A stretch of DNA of 64,000 bases, from the NCBI GenBank assembly GCA_013265495.1, contig MU058824.1:4553111-4617110 (forward strand), given 5' to 3'. A program made the position numbers and the translations under genes. The notes under the pieces are model-generated. The model was not told where the DNA came from. It made no database searches and saw only the letters and a list, made by a program, of their open reading frames with translations. The DNA is from Vicugna vicugna. Its lineage: Eukaryota. Within the stretch, counting starts at the first letter, position 1. Each line of letters begins with the position of its first letter. Below, piece after piece: positions 61,201 through 64,000 of this stretch.

Positions 61201-63806
61201 TCCACTCACAGGCTTGAGTCTAGGGAATCAACCAGAGAACTTAAGAATACTTAGAGGCCCACAGAATATTCCAAATGGTAATCAAATTCTTAGAGGAATC
61301 ACAAAGAAGATCCTTGCCCCCTAACCTCCAGAACAGGCCTGAATGGAGAGCTATGTCTCTCAGGGGGTTCACTCATGGCAAGGGAATTATGCCCTCTTCT
61401 CTCTAATCTCACTGCGCCCCCGGGATCTCTGCTGGCTAGGACTCCAGCTTGCGGTACCCAGTTCCCCAGGCCCCACTGCTATATCTAGATGCAAATGGGC
61501 CTGATCTGACCTCTCCTAACCAGGCTTCAGCTCCCATGATCCTAGCCCTGGCCTAGGCACCAGGCTGGTCCCACTAAATCAGAAAGGTTTTTGGATAACT
61601 AAAGCACGGCTTCAGAAGGATTTTCTCTTCTCGCAAAGAAAGTCAAAGATCAGAGTTGGGATCAGGAACAAGGTCTTTGGAATTTGGCCACAGACTTAAG
61701 CAGATATCCCTCCCAATAAAGGAACACTTGATTCTGATGAGAGTCAAGAACCTAGAACCCAGAGCCATTTCCAGGTGAGCTCCCAACATGTTCTCACTGG
61801 AGAGTTCCCAGGCCTGGACAGGAAGTTCTCCTGCACATCACTCCCAGGAAAAGCAGGTCTACCACTGAGCCCTAGAGATGCTCCCTCAGCCTGAGTTCCC
61901 AACTTTGCCCACAGCAGTGCCTGTACACTTGTCCCTGTGTAAATCTCAGCTCACTCAAAAGCATTATAACACCCTGGAACGCTGGGCTATTGCAAGAGGA
62001 GAGGGGAGTCCGACACAGTCACAGGGCCTGAGCCCTCAAGGAACTCACCCTGAAGAGAGACATGCGGGTCAAAACTTCACCTGACTGGGAATTTCTGCCC
62101 CTCCCAATTCTCAATGGCCAAACTCCACCCATTTTCTAGTTCTTCAGGTCCTGTTCTTTAAATCCAGCTCAGCTCATGCTGGGTCCTTCGCCCTGACCAC
62201 TGGCTCCACACACATGGCCATCCCACTCTGACATGGCCACCTCATCACATCCTCCCTCCCCACCAGGGGACAAGAGTAAGCAACCTTTAGATCTTCTCAC
62301 TGTAACAGAGTGGTCTAGCCTGCCCAGTACATGGGAATGGCAGGAAAATTCTGTGGCATTTCCTTCCCTCCAAACTAGAATGGAGAAGTAGCCTGACCTT
62401 AACCCTGTAACACTCCAGACTTTAATAAACTCTGCTCTATGAAATCACTGCCAATATTTGGGGTAAAGAGAGGCAATAGCTGGTTGGACACCAGTTGCTT
62501 AAAATCTCCCTTTAACAGTAAAGGGTTTCCCTGCCCCAGAGTTCCCTTATCATCTTCCATAAGGCGCAGGGAACTGAAATTAGGATAGATGAGGAATGTA
62601 TTCTCATGTATTCTCCCAGATGGACTAACAACTGGGCTGCAACCTACAAGAGTCCGCAGAGCTATCACCAAGATGTAGAGAAAGACTAGTCCTGGGTTTG
62701 TGCCGCAGCATCTGACCAGTCCCTGGCTGGCTTCTGATCACCTTGATTAACCCTGCGCCTTCCAATAGGAAGGGATACCACTTCCCAGGGCTGGGGCCTC
62801 TGATTGACTCTGGACTTTCCCTTCAGCTTACCTGAACCCACTATGTCCTCTAAGGTTCCCAAACTGCCTCCTGCAGGTCACGGCCTCTGGCCTACCAGAT
62901 GACCTGCTGACCCCTAGCTATGCCTCACCCCAGCCACCCTCATGCTGTTGCCCACACTGGCACAAGGCTGGTCTGCCAGGTAGCCCAGAGATGGAGAAGC
63001 AGCTCTGGCCCCTCTTGTCTGGACAGCATCAACCCACCTTGACAGAGATGTGACCGTGGGCCTGGGGAAGGTGGGCAGCCAAGAACCAGTCCCCCGGTAA
63101 GGGGCTGCTGACGTTAAAGATGCCGGAGGTGCGGTTGGGCAGTGTCCAGCTGAGAGTCAGTGAGAAAACCCCAGGCACAGCTGTGTCCCCTGGGAAGTGT
63201 GTGTGCAAGGGATTGATGACAGGGGGTGCCCCGGACCGGAAATACCTGGAGGATCAGAATGAAGAGAAGAGGAAAGCAGGCAATGGGGTGGGGGGCAGGA
63301 AATGGGGGAGAGAAAAGAGCACTGTCACTCATCACCAGTAAAACAAGTGGATTCTCCAGACTGACGCATGCAATAAAGTGGGTCCAGGTCAGGAGTCAGA
63401 ACATAAAAGGCAAGATGTCAGCTCAAGCACTCATACAGTCATACAGCAGTCAGGAATCGTCAGGAGACAGAGGTCTTGGCCCTCACTCAGTCATACTTCA
63501 GTCTGGACAAGTGTCAGGGTCAGAAGGTCAGTTTAGATACTCATGAAGTCACATTCTAGTTTGGAAAGTGGCCTGGGGTTGGAAGTGGGGGTCAGGAGGT
63601 TAACTCAGACACTCACACAGTCACACTTTGGTCTGGGCAGTGGTCCCCAAAGGTTCCCCCCTGCTCTTTGAAGATGATGAGGTTCCAAACAGCCAGGAAT
63701 GTGTCTTCAGGAACATGGAAGTGGAAGAGCTCGGTGCTGGCAAAGGAGCGGAAAGGACTCAGCTTGCGGGGTGAGCAGGTGGAGTAGTCAGTCAGGAAGA
63801 GGCCTC
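42868..63806 (-). CDS. TMEM8B: TMEM8B (NGX6/NAG-5): EGF-like domain plus CREST-type multi-TM domain; 12 coding exons in window, 5'-incomplete
   Basis: Exons (minus): 63806-63617, 63245-63038, 57013-56880, 56549-56281, 55668-55343, 51374-51281, 51122-50999, 50919-50777, 50575-50397, 43827-43681, 43559-43443, 43203-42868. All GT-AG and in phase, 2267 nt. From internal Met 55621 (MNMPQ) the product is 472 aa, the length I recall for the human isoform. Confidence 0.95.
43443..43559 (-). CDS. TMEM8B: TMEM8B exon (VLYLLG...ILATAW)
   Basis: ctag| acceptor, |gtaagg donor, 117 nt. Confidence 0.95.
43681..43827 (-). CDS. TMEM8B: TMEM8B exon (FYHACD...QPVVKQ)
   Basis: cccag| acceptor, |gtcagt donor, 147 nt. 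Confidence 0.95.
45978..46128. repeat. AT-rich nest of direct and inverted copies of a 24-bp unit
   Basis: AATATAAG(A/G)GCTATAAGATAATAA at 45978-46001 and 46095-46118; inverted copy 46036-46059; partial copies 46081-46092 and 46117-46128. Confidence 0.85.
47060..47545 (+). mobile_element. ERVL-type integrase relic
   Basis: Translations [19 protein letters not shown] and [31 protein letters not shown] resemble recalled ERVL integrase motifs (ADLATATAECP; HGIP..IASDQGTHF...HW). Confidence 0.7.
50397..50575 (-). CDS. TMEM8B: TMEM8B exon (GWRGWGCTD...FTMFFST)
   Basis: cgcag| acceptor, |gtatgt donor, 179 nt. Confidence 0.95.
50777..50919 (-). CDS. TMEM8B: TMEM8B exon, EGF-like domain (FVRCRNAT...CECKA)
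   Basis: gcgcag| acceptor, |gtgagc donor, 143 nt. Confidence 0.95.
50999..51122 (-). CDS. TMEM8B: TMEM8B exon (SLAGFLL...CGVGPR)
   Basis: cctcag| acceptor, |gtgagc donor, 124 nt. Confidence 0.93.
51281..51374 (-). CDS. TMEM8B: TMEM8B exon ([13 protein letters not shown]...VTCSK)
   Basis: gcccag| acceptor, |gtgggg donor, 94 nt. Confidence 0.93.
52275..53273 (+). mobile_element. 5'-truncated, relatively young LINE-1 (ORF2 C-terminus plus 3' UTR) with TSD
   Basis: [30 protein letters not shown]...[15 protein letters not shown]-rich tail; TSD AAGCACTAAGT at 52264-52274 and 53274-53284. Confidence 0.92.
53320..55135 (+). mobile_element. Ancient CR1/L3 LINE relic, interrupted
   Basis: [17 protein letters not shown] (ORF 53903-54127) resembles the CR1 RT motif SGVPQGSVLGPVLFNIFIND; 54514-54590 resembles LGVLVDHKL...QCD.AAK.AN.ILGC. 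Boundaries approximate. Confidence 0.65.
55343..55668 (-). CDS. TMEM8B: TMEM8B exon containing the short-isoform Met at 55621 (ECPQPS...MNMPQ...LQLNA)
   Basis: ccacag| acceptor, weak |gtactc donor, 326 nt. Confidence 0.93.
56281..56549 (-). CDS. TMEM8B: TMEM8B exon (VFVPSFTYR...CVRLQ)
   Basis: gcccag| acceptor, |gttaga donor, 269 nt, phase-compatible. Confidence 0.9.
56880..57013 (-). CDS. TMEM8B: TMEM8B exon (GLQDECQY...SALYK)
   Basis: tctcag| acceptor, |gtaagt donor, 134 nt. Confidence 0.9.
57776..57830. repeat. Short tandem repeat, about 2.5 x 22 bp (TCCCTAGCACTTCTGGATAGAA)
   Basis: Directly visible; the first copy lacks 3 nt. Confidence 0.85.
59150..59830 (-). mobile_element. L2 LINE fragment
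   Basis: Purine-rich plus strand with motifs such as tggggcttgagcaaatgg...gtgccatttactgag typical of antisense L2. Confidence 0.65.
63038..63245 (-). CDS. TMEM8B: TMEM8B exon ([12 protein letters not shown]...HISVK); this frame is absent from the ORF track
   Basis: cctccag| acceptor, |gtgggt donor, 208 nt, open in the required phase. Confidence 0.9.
63617..63806 (-). CDS. TMEM8B: TMEM8B most 5' exon in window ([12 protein letters not shown]...DQSVTV)
   Basis: ccccag| acceptor (NAGNAG alternative 3 nt inside), |gtgagt donor, 190 nt. Confidence 0.9.
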
Positions 63807-64000
63807 CTGGGGAGCAGGCGGAAGAGAGAGGAGCAAAGTAGGACAGGCCTTCGCCAGAAAGCCCCAGGCATACCAGTCCTCCCCACACACAGCACCGACT
63901 CAACAAATGCTCTCCTCTGAGCCAGGAACCGAGTCTCCTGCCGCCCCCATTATCTGCTTTAATCCTGACAATGACCTCGGGGAAAATGACCTCTTTTTAC

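Overview
Mammalian genomic DNA, most likely from a camelid (three tRNA-derived Vic-1-type SINEs). The gene order matches my recollection of human 9p13.3, here inverted: SPAAR (75-aa microprotein, minus), HRCT1 (106 aa, minus), about 20 kb of repeats, intact olfactory receptor OR13J1 (plus), an OR13-family pseudogene (probably the OR13E1 orthologue, plus) and the last 12 coding exons of TMEM8B (minus; first exon outside the window). All TMEM8B junctions were hand-mapped with GT-AG sites and consistent phases. Interspersed repeats include L1, L2, CR1/L3, MIR, MaLR/ERV LTRs, an ERVL integrase relic and Tigger/Charlie elements. I found no wholly new gene system. The best leads are a uORF-laden SPAAR leader whose long-isoform ATG is one base out of frame, the similar SPAAR/HRCT1 microprotein pair with candidate enhancers and a CTCF site, intact CREST catalytic motifs in TMEM8B, a possible TMEM8B 3' UTR antisense across the OR pseudogene, a perfect 201-bp tandem duplication and a nested inverted-repeat scar. 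Gene and repeat names come from recalled sequences, not database searches.
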